This document shows, in pieces, positions 62,520 through 64,000 of a stretch of DNA of 64,000 nt. The stretch is from Okamejei kenojei (lineage: Eukaryota). Location of the stretch: NCBI GenBank assembly GCA_035221665.1, contig CM069154.1:6014001-6078000 (forward strand). The letters are read 5' to 3'. Made by a program: the position numbers and the translations under genes. The notes beneath the pieces are model-generated. The model was given only the letters and a program-made list of their open reading frames with translations, was not told where the DNA came from and did not search any database. Positions within the stretch are counted from its first letter, which is position 1, and every line of letters starts with the position of its first letter.

Positions 62520-64000
62520 GAAAATTAATAAGGTACTAATACAGAGTTAGTTTGTCAAATGGTCAGGTGTGATCAAGTTAAGTTGTGTCACGTAAATTGG
62601 AATATGTTTCCAACAAACACAGTTCACAGCAACGCTAACTTCAGGTGTGCATCTGTGGTTGGGAGAAAAGGACTTGACGATCCACCAAGGGAGGAAAAAG
62701 TGCTTGAGAGAGCAGAGACATGGGCCTCGCATTGACCAGTACTTCTTACGAAGCCACCAGTCAAATCAGTCAAATGAAGCACAGCGACGGGACACAAACC
62801 AAAGTTCGTAGAGCATCAGCACCCATGTCACTGAAGAGGGTGATCCAAGCACAGAAATGCCGGTGGAGGAGCCCACGCAACAACTACAAAGACCTCCATT
62901 GGAGGGAAAGATCAAAGGGCACAAACCTGAAGTTAAATGGCCCAAAGCTGTTGAAAAGAAAGAGTGGGAGACGGTCAACAGTGACCTTATACATATCTTG
63001 GAGCAAAATGTGGGCACAGCAGTGGAAAAGCTTCAAAGGATGGGCAACACAATCTACAGCTATGGAGAAGAATGGTTTGGGGTGAGTAAAGGGAGAGGTG
63101 GAAAGAAATTACCAACACCAATCAAGTCCAGGAGGCAGCAGGAGATCGAGAGGCTAATCAGAGAGAGGAGACAGTTGAAAAAGCAATGGAAAAAAGCAAC
63201 TGACGCAGAGAGAGAAGGTCTCATGCTACTCCAAGAGGACATCGAGCCAATTGGCAACCTTGCGAAAAGCAGAGAACATGAGGAAACTTCGCAAGAAGAA
63301 AGAACACACAAGAACACGGTTCTACAAAGACCCTTTCAAGTTCATCAAAGACCTCTTCGCAAAGGAAAAAAGTGGAACTTTGAAAACATCAAAACAAGAA
63401 TTGGAGGAACACCTGGAAAAGGCCCACCAAGACACGAAAATGCATGAGCAGTTAATCATCCCACATGACATCCCACCTATTCAACCACCTGAATTCAACC
63501 TGGACACCAGCCCTCCGAAATAGCAACAGGTAGAGTACACTGTCCGGCGAGCAAGAGCAGCATCAGCTCCGGGGCCAAATGGAGTACCTACAAGAATGCA
63601 CCAGATGTGTTACGCCTTCTATGGAAGCTCATGAGGGTGGTGTGGAAGAAGCAAACAATACCTAAGGCATGGCGAAGGGCCGGCGGCGTACTAATACCTG
63701 AAGAAAAGGATGCATCAGACATCAGCCAATTCCGGCCAATATGTCTCCTCAACGTCGAGGGAAAAATCTTTTTCAGCATTGTATCACAAAGGCTATCGAC
63801 CTATCTGGGAACAAACAAGTACATTGATACATCTGTACAGAAAGCAGGAATTCCAAGATATTCGGGCTGCTTGGAGCATGATCTGGCACCAGATCCAAGC
63901 AGCTAAGAAGGACAAGAGAGACCTACATGTGATCTTCCTCGATCTGGCCAATGCATTTGGTTCAGTTCCCCATGAACTCCTTTGGGAAGCTTTTCCATGT
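62520..64000 (+). mobile_element. HERO-like non-LTR retrotransposon, N-terminal and RT region, degenerate, runs off the right edge
   Basis: GLTIHQGRKKC, VKWPKA, SAPGPNG, FRPICLLNVEGKIFF, IDTSVQKAGIP, FLDLANAFGSVPH. Confidence 0.85.

Overview
Eukaryotic, intron-containing and repeat-rich vertebrate DNA with two N-gaps. It is most likely from a cartilaginous fish (skate/ray); this is inferred from the repeat families and receptor type, not proven. The window is part of a tandem cluster of immunoglobulin-superfamily immune receptor genes, all on the minus strand. They resemble CD300/CMRF35/pIgR and fit the skate MDIR-type architecture: 37-nt leader exon, 4-Cys V-domain exon, C2-type Ig exon(s), stalk, TM exon. 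In transcription order (right to left): gene E (only its last, ITIM-rich cytoplasmic exon, 61450-61767); pseudogene D (dead leader donor, truncated V, frameshifted V, broken C2, intact Arg-containing TM); pseudogene C (orphan C2 exon); gene B (intact leader, V, C2 and Arg-TM, plus a truncated extra C2 and a damaged stalk); and gene A (intact leader and V, continuing off the left edge). Decayed ITIM-tail exons lie in antisense orientation next to the C2 exons of C and D. The rest is mostly mobile DNA: CR1 (one near full length, nested), L1, Rex/Babar, HERO-like, Penelope with hammerhead-like cores, a DIRS1-like element with ITR/ICR, V-SINE/Deu-SINE-like SINEs, a Tc1 end and a Crypton-like palindromic element. 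Most ORFs in the supplied track are spurious or transposon-derived. Gene labels A-E are mine.
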